Shown piece by piece: positions 1-9,898 of a stretch of DNA of 64,000 nucleotides. The notes under the pieces were generated by a model. The model was not told the origin of the DNA and ran no database searches. It was given only the letters and a program-made list of their open reading frames with translations. The position numbers were made by a program, and so were the translations under genes. Origin of the DNA: an uncultured delta proteobacterium (GTDB taxonomy: Bacteria > Desulfobacterota > Binatia > UBA9968); the NCBI GenBank assembly GCA_963745835.1, contig CAVUZH010000022.1, positions 419,441 through 483,440 on the forward strand, read 5' to 3'. The stretch's first letter is position 1. The number at the start of each line of letters is the position of its first letter.

Positions 1-1943
1 CCGGCGCGCCAGTCACTGCTTTCGCAGGCCGGGGCTTCGCCATGAAGCTCGACGATCATGTCGACGAGCTCTAAAAGACTCAGCGCGCGCGGCGGCCCGC
101 CGCCCATGTTGAAAGCCTGCCCGGAAATGTTGCGCATCTGCGAGCGCGCCGCCAAAAAGGCTTCTACCAAATCGTCGATGTAAAGCACGTCACGCACCTG
201 CATACCGTCGCCGTAGAGCGTCAGCGGGCGGTCTTCGAGCGCACAGATTAAGAAGTGCGCCACCCAACCCTGATCTTCGTTGCCCATTTGATGCGGGCCA
301 TAGATGCAGCTCATGCGAAACACCGCCGCAGGGAGTCCGAAGGTTCGGGCGTAGTCGATGACGTACTCGTCGGCCGCTCCCTTGGAGCAGCCGTAAGGGC
401 TGTGCAGATCCAGCGGCCGCGATTCGTTGATCCCATGCTCGCGCAAAAACGGATCGAGCGGGTGATAAGCGCCTTCTTCGCAGCTCAGTCGGACATTCTC
501 GAGGCCGCCATAGACTTTATTGGTCGAGGTAAATATTAGCGGCGCGGGGTCATCGGCACCGCGTAATGCTTCGAGCAAGTTGAGTGTTCCAAGCGCGTTG
601 ACATCAAAATCGTGGCGCGGGTTGGCCAAGCTGGTGGTGACCGCGACTTGCGCCGCGAAATGAAATACCTGTTTGGCATTACGCACCGCGCGGCGCAGCG
701 CGTAAGGATTGCGCACGTCGGCAAACTCCACCTGGACTCGCTTTGCGTGCGTTTCCAACAACCATTTCAAATTGCGCTCAACACCCGGGCGTGACAAGTT
801 ATCGAACACCAAAACACGCTCGCCGTCGCTCGCCAGACGATGCGCCAAATTGGTGCCGATAAAACCGGCGCCGCCGGTGATGACCACCGGTTGAGTCGGC
901 TTGGCGGCGCTGCGGCGCGCGCCAGGATGCGGTTCGAGCGCTTCACACACCGCGTCCAGTCCGCCCTCACCCCACAGTCGCGCCAGTAATTTCTCGCTAC
1001 CGTCGCTGCGGCGCAGCCCGAAATGATAATCCCGATCGTCGGCATGAAAGCCATCACGCGTCGAAAATTCCGGGTCGAGATCGCGCGCCCCGAGCCAGTA
1101 AAGTCGCTCCACCGGCGCTTCCAAAGCCCGGGCGAAGGCGCGCAATTGTTCGTACTCGTCGTGGCGCCAAGTGGAATATCCGGTGGCGCTGATCCAGATT
1201 TCAGCGCCGGAACGGTGCTGCGTCAAAATCTGCTGCACGCTCTGAACCACCGCCGGCCAACTCTCCCAATTAGCTTCAGAGGTGCCCGGAAATCTATGAA
1301 TACCGACGGCATCGATGTACTGCATCACGCCGCGCCGGAACATCAATTCGAGCCAGTTAGGGTCGAACGCATTGAGCCCGGCAAGCAATGTACGCTTGCC
1401 GCGTCGCTGCGCCCAATAAGCGGCGCCGCCGATCATGGCACAGAATGTTTGCCAGTGCGGATCGAGGGTGCGATCCCATTCACTCAACCGATCGGGCTCG
1501 TTCCATAGCTCGATCCATTCAAAACAATTGCCCAGACGGGTGATCAGCACGTCGATAAAATCGCCGTAGGCCTTGGGATCCCAGGGCGGAGCCGAGACAC
1601 GCGGCGCCACCGCCTGCGATAACGGCGTGTAGAGCACGCACGGGATCAGATTCACTTGCCTAGCCAGATGCGGCAAGAGCCAACTGTACCAGGTTTCGCC
1701 TTCGGCGCTGTCCCAATCGGCCCACGACACCGTGGTACGCAGGTCGGCGACTCTCAATTCGCGCAGATCGGCGAGAACTTTTTCAACCCCGGCGCGATCG
1801 CCGATGCGAAAGCTTTCGACGACTCCGATCCGGACTCCGGCGCCATCGTCGGCTTCGGCGATTTGGGCGCGCAAACTGGGATGCTTGCAGACATCTGCCT
1901 TGCTGCCTGCCGCGCCGTTTCGGCCGGCCCTCGCCTTCTTCAC
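1..1943 (-). CDS. Fusion of a clan GH-A (beta-xylosidase-like) TIM-barrel domain and an NAD-dependent epimerase/dehydratase (CDP-paratose 2-epimerase-like); 3' end runs off the window
   Basis: Not in the ORF track. Manual translation from a GTG at 1943, which overlaps the upstream stop (GTGA), stays open. It gives ...EWIELWNEPD...IWISATGYSTWRHDE... and then VVITGGAGFIGTN, STNKVYG and PYGCSKG. Confidence 0.85.
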   Translation of the reverse strand, partial: MKKARAGRNGAAGSKADVCKHPSLRAQIAEADDGAGVRIGVVESFRIGDRAGVEKVLADLRELRVADLRTTVSWADWDSAEGETWYSWLLPHLARQVNLIPCVLYTPLSQAVAPRVSAPPWDPKAYGDFIDVLITRLGNCFEWIELWNEPDRLSEWDRTLDPHWQTFCAMIGGAAYWAQRRGKRTLLAGLNAFDPNWLELMFRRGVMQYIDAVGIHRFPGTSEANWESWPAVVQSVQQILTQHRSGAEIWISATGYSTWRHDEYEQLRAFARALEAPVERLYWLGARDLDPEFSTRDGFHADDRDYHFGLRRSDGSEKLLARLWGEGGLDAVCEALEPHPGARRSAAKPTQPVVITGGAGFIGTNLAHRLASDGERVLVFDNLSRPGVERNLKWLLETHAKRVQVEFADVRNPYALRRAVRNAKQVFHFAAQVAVTTSLANPRHDFDVNALGTLNLLEALRGADDPAPLIFTSTNKVYGGLENVRLSCEEGAYHPLDPFLREHGINESRPLDLHSPYGCSKGAADEYVIDYARTFGLPAAVFRMSCIYGPHQMGNEDQGWVAHFLICALEDRPLTLYGDGMQVRDVLYIDDLVEAFLAARSQMRNISGQAFNMGGGPPRALSLLELVDMIVELHGEAPACESSDWRA

Positions 1944-3052
1944 AGGGTCAATCCTCGAGCTGCCAGCTCGGCGCTGGCACTATCGACGTGATCGTTGGCG
2001 ATCTGCCCTTCGAGCCAATCGGCAAGCTCCAAGACCCCGTCCTCGAGCGTTACCCGCGGTGCGTAGCCGAGGATCGATCTGGCAAGCGTTATATCGGCAA
2101 AACAGTGGCGTATGTCACCCACGCGATATTTACCGGTGATTTGCGGCTCGAGACTTTTGCCGAGTGCGTCCGCCATCCGTTCAGCTAACTCGGAAATGGT
2201 AAAGGCCTGACCGCTGCCGATGTTGAGAACTTTGTCCGGCGCTGCCGCTGCATCAAGAGACAATCTGCAGGCCTGCACCACATCTCTGACATTGACAAAG
2301 TCCCGTTGTTGTTCGCCATCCTCAAAGATCAGCGGCGCTTTGCCGTTGAGCAAACGAGAGGCGAAAATCGCCAGCACACCGGTATACGGATTGGATAGCG
2401 CCTGTCGCGGTCCGTACACGTTGAAAAAACGCAGGGCGACGGTGGGAATATTGTAGGCGCGGCCGATCATCAGACACAGCCGTTCCTGAACATACTTCGA
2501 CAGCGCATAAACCGAACTGAGCGCCGGCGTCTTGGTCTCCGGCGTTGGGATCGGTTCGAGAGCCGCGCCTTCGTCATCAAGCGGATCCCAACGGGCGGAA
2601 CGCAGCTGCGTCGGGCTGCGCTCGACGGCACAATGAATAGCTCCACGGCGCGAACGATAGAGTCCTTCGCCGTAGACGCTCATACTCGACGCAACGATCA
2701 GCCGTTCAACTGGACGTTTGATGAGTGCTTCTAAGAGCACGGCGGTGCCGATATCGTTGATACTGGCGTAATGCTCGACCTCGTACATGCTCTGGCCAAC
2801 GCCGACCGCCGCGGCAAAATGATAGACTGCGTCAATTCCCTGCAATGCCCGCTGAACTGCAGCGCGGTCGCGAACATCGCCGAGCACGAGTTCGACATCA
2901 GGATTCAAATATTCAGGCGATTGCTTTTCGGCGCCATGTACTTGCGAGCACAGGAGATCGAAGACTTTGACGGTATGGCCATTGTGCAGAAGCTCGTCGG
3001 CTAAATGAGAGCCGATAAATCCAGCTCCGCCGGTGATGAGAATTCTAGCCAT
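1940..3052 (-). CDS. NAD-dependent epimerase/dehydratase (extended SDR)
   Basis: ILITGGAGFIGS Rossmann motif, ASSMSVYG, YALSK catalytic motif, RFFNVYGPRQ. Confidence 0.95.
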   Translation of the reverse strand: MARILITGGAGFIGSHLADELLHNGHTVKVFDLLCSQVHGAEKQSPEYLNPDVELVLGDVRDRAAVQRALQGIDAVYHFAAAVGVGQSMYEVEHYASINDIGTAVLLEALIKRPVERLIVASSMSVYGEGLYRSRRGAIHCAVERSPTQLRSARWDPLDDEGAALEPIPTPETKTPALSSVYALSKYVQERLCLMIGRAYNIPTVALRFFNVYGPRQALSNPYTGVLAIFASRLLNGKAPLIFEDGEQQRDFVNVRDVVQACRLSLDAAAAPDKVLNIGSGQAFTISELAERMADALGKSLEPQITGKYRVGDIRHCFADITLARSILGYAPRVTLEDGVLELADWLEGQIANDHVDSASAELAARGLTL

Positions 3053-3177
3053 TCAACAACTCAGTTCCTCTCGGATTCTTATCCCTGGTGTGGCTACTCT
3101 CGGGACAGAACCAAGTTTTTGGAAACGCGAAAGTGATATGAGGTAATGTTTTTTCAGCGCGTGTTGGCTGGTTGGGC

Positions 3178-3193
3178 AGCAACAAATATGCCA
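3178..3193 (-). promoter_or_regulatory. sigma54-type -24/-12 promoter for the epimerase operon
   Basis: TGGCATATTTGTTGCT on the minus strand, GG-N10-GC, ~125 bp upstream of the ATG at 3052. Confidence 0.75.
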
Positions 3194-3520
3194 CTGAGAT
3201 ACATCGCGCCATGCAACGTAGATGGCGGATCAATGAGAATCTGACGTGTGCATCTCACGCGCAGCTGGATTGTTGGTCAACGTACATACAATCGTTCAAG
3301 AGTTTGTACGCGATCACGATGGATGCCGACGCACTAACAGCAATGATGCTGCTACCCTTATTAATATTACGCGAAGTCGTCTTGTACTCGATCGTCCCAA
3401 AGGAGAAACTATTAAACATGAATGATGTTTCAATTACGCGATTGATCGCGGCGGCGCGGCGTGTGCCGATTTGAGGACACGCGCTCCTGCGTTCGAAGCC
3501 CGCGTCGTCCAGTATTGCGA

Positions 3521-3536
3521 TGGCCCTCGTTTTGCG
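3521..3536 (+). promoter_or_regulatory. sigma54-type promoter for the DUF3182 operon
   Basis: TGGCCCTCGTTTTGCG, 100 bp upstream of ATG 3636. Confidence 0.6.
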
Positions 3537-3635
3537 CCGACATTAGGACACTAGCGATGAGTTTAGCCTGCGTGTGCGCCCGGGCATAAGCGGCATGTGA
3601 TTGCTGCGGACCATTCACAAACATTGCAAAGAAAA

Positions 3636-4784
3636 ATGACGATCCTCACGAAAGATCGCATAGGGACTCGTTCATCGCGGGTGCGAGGCGCAGTGGTTCT
3701 GTATACCGACCGTGCCTGCGAGCCGCCGGCTCAACACGAGAGCGTCACACGCTCGATGATTGCGGCAAAGCTCGCGGCATTGAAGGATTATGAGTTCGCC
3801 GGAGATTACGATCCGGCGCGCCGCTACGCCGGTCCATTGTATTTCGTTCCGAGTGACACTCTCACAGGATCTGAGTTGGTTCGAAAACTCGGTATTCGCG
3901 ATCATCATGACTTGTTTGGCGGCGTCGTTCCGTATCCGTTCGCTGCAACCAAAACGATCACACACCCGTTAGTGTCGAGCGACGCGTTCGCTCCGGAGGG
4001 TTGGTCACATGAGTTCGCGCGCAGCGTTCAGGGTGTGGTTCTTTTTGGCTTTTCCGCATTTGCACCTGCTGACCTGCGTCGCGCAACGGCACGGGTGCTG
4101 GCGCGCGGCCGCGCCCGCTTTAAACCGGCGTGTGGCATCGGCGGGCGCGGCCAGACCGTGATCACGTCCGCTGCGGATTTGGACGCGATTCTCGATACCA
4201 TCGATCCAGCGGAACTCGCTCTTTATGGGGCCGTGATCGAACAAAATTTCGATCAGATTGAAACCTACAGCGTCGGCCAGACTTATGTAGCGGACCTGTT
4301 GGCGACCTACTATGGCAGGCAGTTACTGACCAGAGACAACCGAGACGTCACCGTTTACGGCGGCTCGGATTTAATCGTAGTGCGCGGCGACTACGATGAT
4401 CTGCTCAGACTCGAGCTGCCGCCAGAGGCGCGGCGGGTGATAAACAACGCGCGCACATACGAAGCCGCCGCGTCACGGGCCTTTGCGGGATGGCTAGCCT
4501 CCCGGCGCAACTACGATGTTGCGCAGGTCGTCGACGATGACGGGCGCCGTTCCTCCGGCGTACTCGAACAATCTTGGCGCATCGGCGGCGCCAGCGCTGC
4601 GGAGATTGCCGCCCTTGAAGCTTTTCGCGCAGACCCGAGCCTGCGCTGGACGCGCGCGGCCTGTATCGAGGTCTACGGCCAGCACCAAGTGCCGCCGGAG
4701 GCGGTGGTTCATTTCCACGGTGTCGATGATCGGGTCGGACCAATCACCAAATATTCTCAGGTTAAAGCCTATGCCCATTCATGA
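3636..4784 (+). CDS. DUF3182 family ATP-grasp-like protein
   Basis: DLFGGVVPYPFAATKTITHPL family motif; ATP-grasp-like FKPACGIGGRGQ, VIEQN and LEQSWRIGG. Confidence 0.85.
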   Translation: MTILTKDRIGTRSSRVRGAVVLYTDRACEPPAQHESVTRSMIAAKLAALKDYEFAGDYDPARRYAGPLYFVPSDTLTGSELVRKLGIRDHHDLFGGVVPYPFAATKTITHPLVSSDAFAPEGWSHEFARSVQGVVLFGFSAFAPADLRRATARVLARGRARFKPACGIGGRGQTVITSAADLDAILDTIDPAELALYGAVIEQNFDQIETYSVGQTYVADLLATYYGRQLLTRDNRDVTVYGGSDLIVVRGDYDDLLRLELPPEARRVINNARTYEAAASRAFAGWLASRRNYDVAQVVDDDGRRSSGVLEQSWRIGGASAAEIAALEAFRADPSLRWTRAACIEVYGQHQVPPEAVVHFHGVDDRVGPITKYSQVKAYAHS

Positions 4785-5532
4785 TGAGCCGATCGAGATC
4801 GCGGTTGATGATCAACAGATCGAGGGCCGGCTGATCGCCGGCGTAAGCGCTGGGCCCGCCGTGCTGTTTGTCCACGGCTGGGGCGGCAATCAACAGCAAT
4901 ACCTCAATCGGGCTCGCGCCGTCGCCGAGCTGGGTTTTATCTGCTTGACGTTCGATCTGCGCGGTCACGCGCGTAACGATGGCCAACGCGAGATCGTTTC
5001 GCGTGAAGACAATCTAAGGGACCTCTTGGCCGCTTACGATGTATTGGCAAGCCGACCTGGCTCGGACCCCACAGCTCTAGGCGTTGTCGGCAGCAGTTAT
5101 GGCGCATATCTCGCGGTCATAATGACCTCTCAGCGAGCGGTGCGATGGCTCGCGCTGCGCGCGCCCGCCCTCTACAACGATGCCAATTGGGAGTTGCCCA
5201 AGCGCAAGCTTCATGAAGATCCGGATTTTTGCGCATACCGCAGGCGGGCGGTGGCTCCGGAGGAAAATCGGGCGCTGCGCGCGTGCGCGGCGTTTGCCGG
5301 TGATGTGTTGATCGTCGAGTCCGAGCAGGACAATACCGTGCCGCATCCGGTCATCGCTAATTACTTAGACGCCTTCACCCGGGCACGGTCGGTAACGCAC
5401 CGCTTGATCAAAGACGCAGATCACGGCCTATCCAACGTGTCGTGGCAGCGAACTTCTACATCATTCCTATTACAGTGGATTGCAGATCGGATCATCGGCG
5501 CAAGCGCCGGCGCGACTTATGCGCACGAGTAA
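4771..5532 (+). CDS. alpha/beta hydrolase (S9/DLH-like)
   Basis: FVHGWGG, GSSYG nucleophile elbow, Asp in EQDNTV, His in ADHGL; start overlaps the end of DUF3182. Confidence 0.9.
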   Translation: MPIHDEPIEIAVDDQQIEGRLIAGVSAGPAVLFVHGWGGNQQQYLNRARAVAELGFICLTFDLRGHARNDGQREIVSREDNLRDLLAAYDVLASRPGSDPTALGVVGSSYGAYLAVIMTSQRAVRWLALRAPALYNDANWELPKRKLHEDPDFCAYRRRAVAPEENRALRACAAFAGDVLIVESEQDNTVPHPVIANYLDAFTRARSVTHRLIKDADHGLSNVSWQRTSTSFLLQWIADRIIGASAGATYAHE

Positions 5533-5629
5533 ATGTTCACCGCGTAACACACCGTCGCGTATGACACGGCCGAGCTATGAATCGACGGGATTCATCGAAT
5601 TCGGCGCGATCGCAGCGGGCGCAACTGCG

Positions 5630-6397
5630 ATGAGTTCGGGTTGCAGTCTGAGCGTGCCGCCGGTGACGGACCAAACATCGCACCGGCCTTGGCCGCTACC
5701 AAAATCGCGCTGGATGATGTTCATGCGCTGGCATGATCTGCTGTTTCTTCATTGGCCGATTCGGCCCGAATACATTAGGCCGCTGATCCCCGCAGCGATC
5801 GAGCTCGATACCTTTGACGGATGGTGCTGGGTCGGAATCGTTCCGTTCCACATGAGCGGCGTGCGCCCGCGTTACGTTCCGCTGCCGCTGTCATTGCCGG
5901 AGCTGAACGTCCGAAGCTATGTCAAAACAGCAGGCAAAAGCGGCGTGTGGTTTTTCAGTCTCGACGCGGCGAGTTGGATTGCCGTCAGAGTGGCGCGATG
6001 GCTTGGCTTGCCCTATTACGATGCGCGCATGAAAGTCGAATCTGTCGCGGATATTATTCGTTATGACAGTGTCCGCAACCATAAGAACTCTGCGCGCGCG
6101 GAGTTCCGCGCCGACTATGGACCTACCGGACCGATTTATCGAGCTACTCCGGGCACGCTCGATCATTGGCTCACCGAGAGGTACTGCCTGTTTGCCGCAT
6201 TGAATCCTGATCGAGTGGTTTTTAACGAGATTCATCATCCACCCTGGGCGCTCCAACATGCCGAAATAAAGTTGGACGTGAACACGATGACACAGTCGAT
6301 CGGAATCGAACTACCGGAACAAAGACCGTTGGCTCACTTCGCGCGGCTTCAGGAAGTAGTTGCGTGGCCGATCGTCCCTCTCGCCGCAAATGCCTAG
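5630..6397 (+). CDS. DUF2071 (YqjF-like) protein
   Basis: HRPWPLP...W..LLFLHW, ELNVRSYV, GVWFFSLDA, WLTERY, IHHPPW; start codon uncertain. Confidence 0.9.
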   Translation: MSSGCSLSVPPVTDQTSHRPWPLPKSRWMMFMRWHDLLFLHWPIRPEYIRPLIPAAIELDTFDGWCWVGIVPFHMSGVRPRYVPLPLSLPELNVRSYVKTAGKSGVWFFSLDAASWIAVRVARWLGLPYYDARMKVESVADIIRYDSVRNHKNSARAEFRADYGPTGPIYRATPGTLDHWLTERYCLFAALNPDRVVFNEIHHPPWALQHAEIKLDVNTMTQSIGIELPEQRPLAHFARLQEVVAWPIVPLAANA

Positions 6398-6892
6398 TGT
6401 CTAAACGTCATACGTGAACGACGACCTGCAGAAAACCAGTGAAGACTGCTCATATATATTCACCTGCCGAGCTATCCGTGTAGGTTAGAATAGGTGACAG
6501 TTCGGAGAACTAAGGGATGCTGCCAAAGTTCTGCGCAGCTGATCAGCGCCTGTGCCGATCAATCATAGCTCGCCCGATTTGTTCAATACTGTTCCGGTCT
6601 ATCCCCTTATAGTAGCTTGACCGCAGTTTAGTCCTACGACGTATTTCGCTGTCGATATTGTACAGCAGCGAGCGAGCAAACCATCAACTTAGATGTTCTC
6701 GAGGAATTGCTTGTCGTGATCGGCCAATATTGTCTCGTTCGTGATCCGCGACTGGTGAAGCTTCGAGCCTACAGTTCAGAATGGAGATTCCATTCGCAAC
6801 AACGCGACGGTGGGAGCCTTCAGCAACTAATTTTCCTCGAGGGAGGGAAGAAATCATCACTAAAAGTAGAGATTTTTTTGCTCGTTAGTAGA

Positions 6893-6908
6893 TGGCATAT
6901 GCCTTGCT
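6893..6908 (+). promoter_or_regulatory. sigma54-type promoter, predicted near-leaderless transcript
   Basis: TGGCATATGCCTTGCT; predicted +1 ~6919, ATG at 6921. Confidence 0.75.
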
Positions 6909-6920
6909 CGCCGTATGCAC

Positions 6921-7112
6921 ATGGCCAGGGAATTATTTTGCGATCACTGCGAGCGGACGCTTACAAGCAAAGCCTACCGTGTGATCAGCGAGGATCCGGG
7001 TGGCGTACTGCTCAATATGCTTGTGTGTCATCCATGCAATCAGAAGGCGCGAGAACTGGGGCTCGAAACGCGCGAGATTAATTTGGACGAACTTCATCTT
7101 AAAAGGGGGTAG
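6921..7112 (+). CDS. Small CxxC...CxxC zinc-binding protein (63 aa)
   Basis: CDHC and CHPC pairs; lies directly after a sigma54 motif. Confidence 0.7.
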   Translation: MARELFCDHCERTLTSKAYRVISEDPGGVLLNMLVCHPCNQKARELGLETREINLDELHLKRG

Positions 7113-7196
7113 CTGAGCAGCAAAACCTAGAATAAACGCGGCGAAGTAACAGGCGATTGTTTTCTTAGCTGGAACTGCGAACCGGAGGGTATCAGC

Positions 7197-7436
7197 ATGG
7201 CTATGTATAACGTCTGTGCCGTGTGCAATGCGTGTGGTGATCTGCATACGACTGGCATTACTGTTAGCTTAAATGGAGGGCCCGGCAGTAAACAAAGCAT
7301 CGAGGAGGCTTTTGCCAATAAAGATCCTCCTGCGATTATTGCGGAGTTAAAGGAAAAACGGGTGCACTGCCCTAAAATTGGACGACAGTATGCTCAAAGG
7401 GATAGCAAGAAAATATTCCTGATCCCGATGGGCTGA
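7197..7436 (+). CDS. Small Cys-rich protein (79 aa)
   Basis: GGAGG RBS; CAVCNACGDLH...HCP. Confidence 0.7.
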   Translation: MAMYNVCAVCNACGDLHTTGITVSLNGGPGSKQSIEEAFANKDPPAIIAELKEKRVHCPKIGRQYAQRDSKKIFLIPMG

Positions 7437-7737
7437 TCAGCTTTCTTGAATCAATATTAGGGAGTACCACTCTGGCGGTTGGCTTCAGCGGGAGGAAGCT
7501 CGACCCTTACGATGACCACTGACCTCCCGCACCCCAGCGGAAACTTCTTGCCTACGCATTCAGAAGATCATCAAGAGATGTCCTACACTGACTCCGCTCG
7601 AAAGACTCTAGCACTGCTAAGTTTGAGCTTCTCGTACTCGTTACGTTTAGGTGTGACAATTGCATCTGCAAGGAAACGGGGCACATATATCTGCCCTTTA
7701 TGTATGCTCCTTCCCACACGATGACTGGAGGTCAACG

Positions 7738-7875
7738 ATGGACGGACATCAGGAATTGGAAAATCCGCTTTCACTTCTGCAGTGGCTCGCCGGTTGGGCC
7801 GTTATTCTTGGAACCTGCATGCTCTTCTGGTTGGCAGTTTACGGTTGGGCAGTAGACTGGCGCACGGCGTATTGA
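7738..7875 (+). CDS. Small single-pass membrane protein (45 aa)
   Basis: GGAGGT RBS; hydrophobic LLQWLAGWAVILGTCMLFWLAVYGW. Confidence 0.55.
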   Translation: MDGHQELENPLSLLQWLAGWAVILGTCMLFWLAVYGWAVDWRTAY

Positions 7876-8037
7876 ACTTCTGCCTGTCCTCTTATTCGAA
7901 ATACCTGCCGAGCTCGCTCCCATCTCAAGTAAAGGCGACACAGAACCTTTGGATTGCACTAGAGAGCGGACATAGAGACGCTATCATCTTCGCTGCCGCT
8001 CTGAACGTAGTCGGAATCGGAGCCAATCCGCCCATTC

Positions 8038-8940
8038 TCACGCGTTCGCGGACTGAGGCGCAGCATCCATCGGTTGAGCGTTTTCAGCAGGGGCAACGCC
8101 GGATCCATATTGAGTCGCATACACTCTGGTAAATTCGGCGCCGAGAAAAAAGATCAAAGATGAGTAATAGACCCAGACCAGAATCGTAATCAGCGAACCC
8201 GCGGCGCCAAACGTCGAGCTGACACCGCTGGTTCCAATATAAAGTCCGATAAGATACTTCCCTACCGTAAACAGTATCGAAGTTAACGCGGCACCGACCC
8301 AGACATCTCTCCACTGGATCTCTACATCCGGCACGTACTTATAAATGAGCGCAAATAGTAACGTGACGAATCCAAAGGACACGAGGATATCGATCGCATG
8401 AGCCACGAATGTCGCGTCGCCTAAAAAGCTGGTCAGCATTGACGTGAAGCTACTCAGAACAGCGGTCACGACAAGCGAGACCAGCAGCAAGAACCCAATT
8501 GCTAGCACCATCGCGAAAGAGAAGAAGCGCTGCCGCAAAAAACCCCAGATGCCCTGGCCCGGCTTTGGGGTTACTTCCCACATCTTGTTGAGCGAAGTCT
8601 GCAGCTGGCCTACGACCCCGCCTGCGCCAAACAGCAAGGCGACAAAACCAATGATGGTGGACAACATCCCGGTCTTTGGTTTTTCACTGGATGCTTGGAT
8701 CATTTCCTGAACGGCTTTAGCGCTGTCTTGTCCAATCATCCCCTGAAGCGTTTCAACGATCTGATTCTGCGCCGCTTCTCTGCCGAAGACGAGGCCAGCG
8801 ACTCCAATAGCGATCAGCAGGAGTGGAGCCAGAGAAAATAGAGTGTAATACGATAATGCGGCCGCCAGCTGGAACGGTTCTGCTTCGACCCATTCGTTGA
8901 TGGTAGTTTTAAGAAACTGCCAAATAGACTTACGTTGCAT
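8038..8940 (-). CDS. YihY/virulence factor BrkB family membrane protein
   Basis: AAALSYYTLFSLAPLL, FGAAGSL, WVYYSS.IFFLGAEF. Confidence 0.95.
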   Translation of the reverse strand: MQRKSIWQFLKTTINEWVEAEPFQLAAALSYYTLFSLAPLLLIAIGVAGLVFGREAAQNQIVETLQGMIGQDSAKAVQEMIQASSEKPKTGMLSTIIGFVALLFGAGGVVGQLQTSLNKMWEVTPKPGQGIWGFLRQRFFSFAMVLAIGFLLLVSLVVTAVLSSFTSMLTSFLGDATFVAHAIDILVSFGFVTLLFALIYKYVPDVEIQWRDVWVGAALTSILFTVGKYLIGLYIGTSGVSSTFGAAGSLITILVWVYYSSLIFFLGAEFTRVYATQYGSGVAPAENAQPMDAAPQSANA

Positions 8941-9067
8941 TCAACGGACTCCTGAACAACTCTTCAGCTCGAGAGTGACTACGACCATCCCGAGTCGGAA
9001 CCCGGGACATGGGACTCAATTCCAGCCTCGTACTCTCTGAGCGTGTGGCTTGGTCCAATAACATCGA

Positions 9068-9898
9068 CTAAGTGGATTCCCGGACCGCATTGGAAATCGA
9101 TTGCTTTGCCTCTTCGCCAACAGCATTAGCCTTGTCGCGCACCTGCTCATACGTCTCGGTCCCACGCTGCTTGACCTCGGAGAGGGCTTTGTCGCGCGCC
9201 GAACCGAACAACCGATCTTCTTGTTCGGTGGCGGGCAGAGCCGCACCAATGGCAGCTCCTACGGCGATGCCCAAAGCGCCCAGGAGCAGCGGCTGTTCAG
9301 TCAGAAGACTGTTAAAACCCTCGCGCACTCGTTGCGTTTGGAGTTGTGCAGTGCCTGAACTTCTTCTCAGTCCTGCTGACACTGTATCTTTAGTTCCTGC
9401 GAGCTTCTGTCGAGCTCGCTCGGCGGCGGACTTCACCCGCTGCCCTGCTTCACTCAAGCTTCCCTCGGCAGAGGCTTTGAGGCGTTGCGCTTTATCAGTC
9501 AAGCCTTCCTTCTGATCGCCTGCATCGTCCTCATAGCCTGTATCATCGATCTCAACGGCGTTGAGATCATCGCGTGCATAGCGATCGTCGTAAGCATCAG
9601 CGAGCGACGGTTTGGGTCGATTACTCGAAGCGACCATCCAGGCAATTCCCACTGCGGTTAATAGCGCCGGCACCGGGTTCTCTTTCACTGACCGGCCGAG
9701 ATTGTTTGCGAACTCTCCGCCATTCTCTCGAGCGAATTCCATCGCCTGATCTAACAGTTGACCCGGCGAAAACTTGCGCTCCAATGCGCCGAGCGTCCGG
9801 TCCATGTTCGCCCGGGTCTGGTCGATCTCTCGTTCCAGGGTTGCCGGATCTTTTCGCGCATCATCTCTGAGGTTGCTTGTGTTATTTATGTTGCTCAC
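9068..9898 (-). CDS. DUF3618 domain protein
   Basis: LEREIDQTRANMDRTLGALE N-terminus; PLLLGALGIAVGAAIGAALP.TEQED C-terminus. Confidence 0.85.
   Translation of the reverse strand: MSNINNTSNLRDDARKDPATLEREIDQTRANMDRTLGALERKFSPGQLLDQAMEFARENGGEFANNLGRSVKENPVPALLTAVGIAWMVASSNRPKPSLADAYDDRYARDDLNAVEIDDTGYEDDAGDQKEGLTDKAQRLKASAEGSLSEAGQRVKSAAERARQKLAGTKDTVSAGLRRSSGTAQLQTQRVREGFNSLLTEQPLLLGALGIAVGAAIGAALPATEQEDRLFGSARDKALSEVKQRGTETYEQVRDKANAVGEEAKQSISNAVREST

Noticed and set aside
3592-3606. CGGCATGTGATTGCT, and TGGCAGTTCGATGC near 31424-31437, as sigma54 sites
   Set aside because: GG-GC spacing is 9 rather than the required 10.
7488-7530. gcgggagg...cctcccgc hairpin as an ncRNA
   Set aside because: An 8-bp stem only, with no recognisable family.
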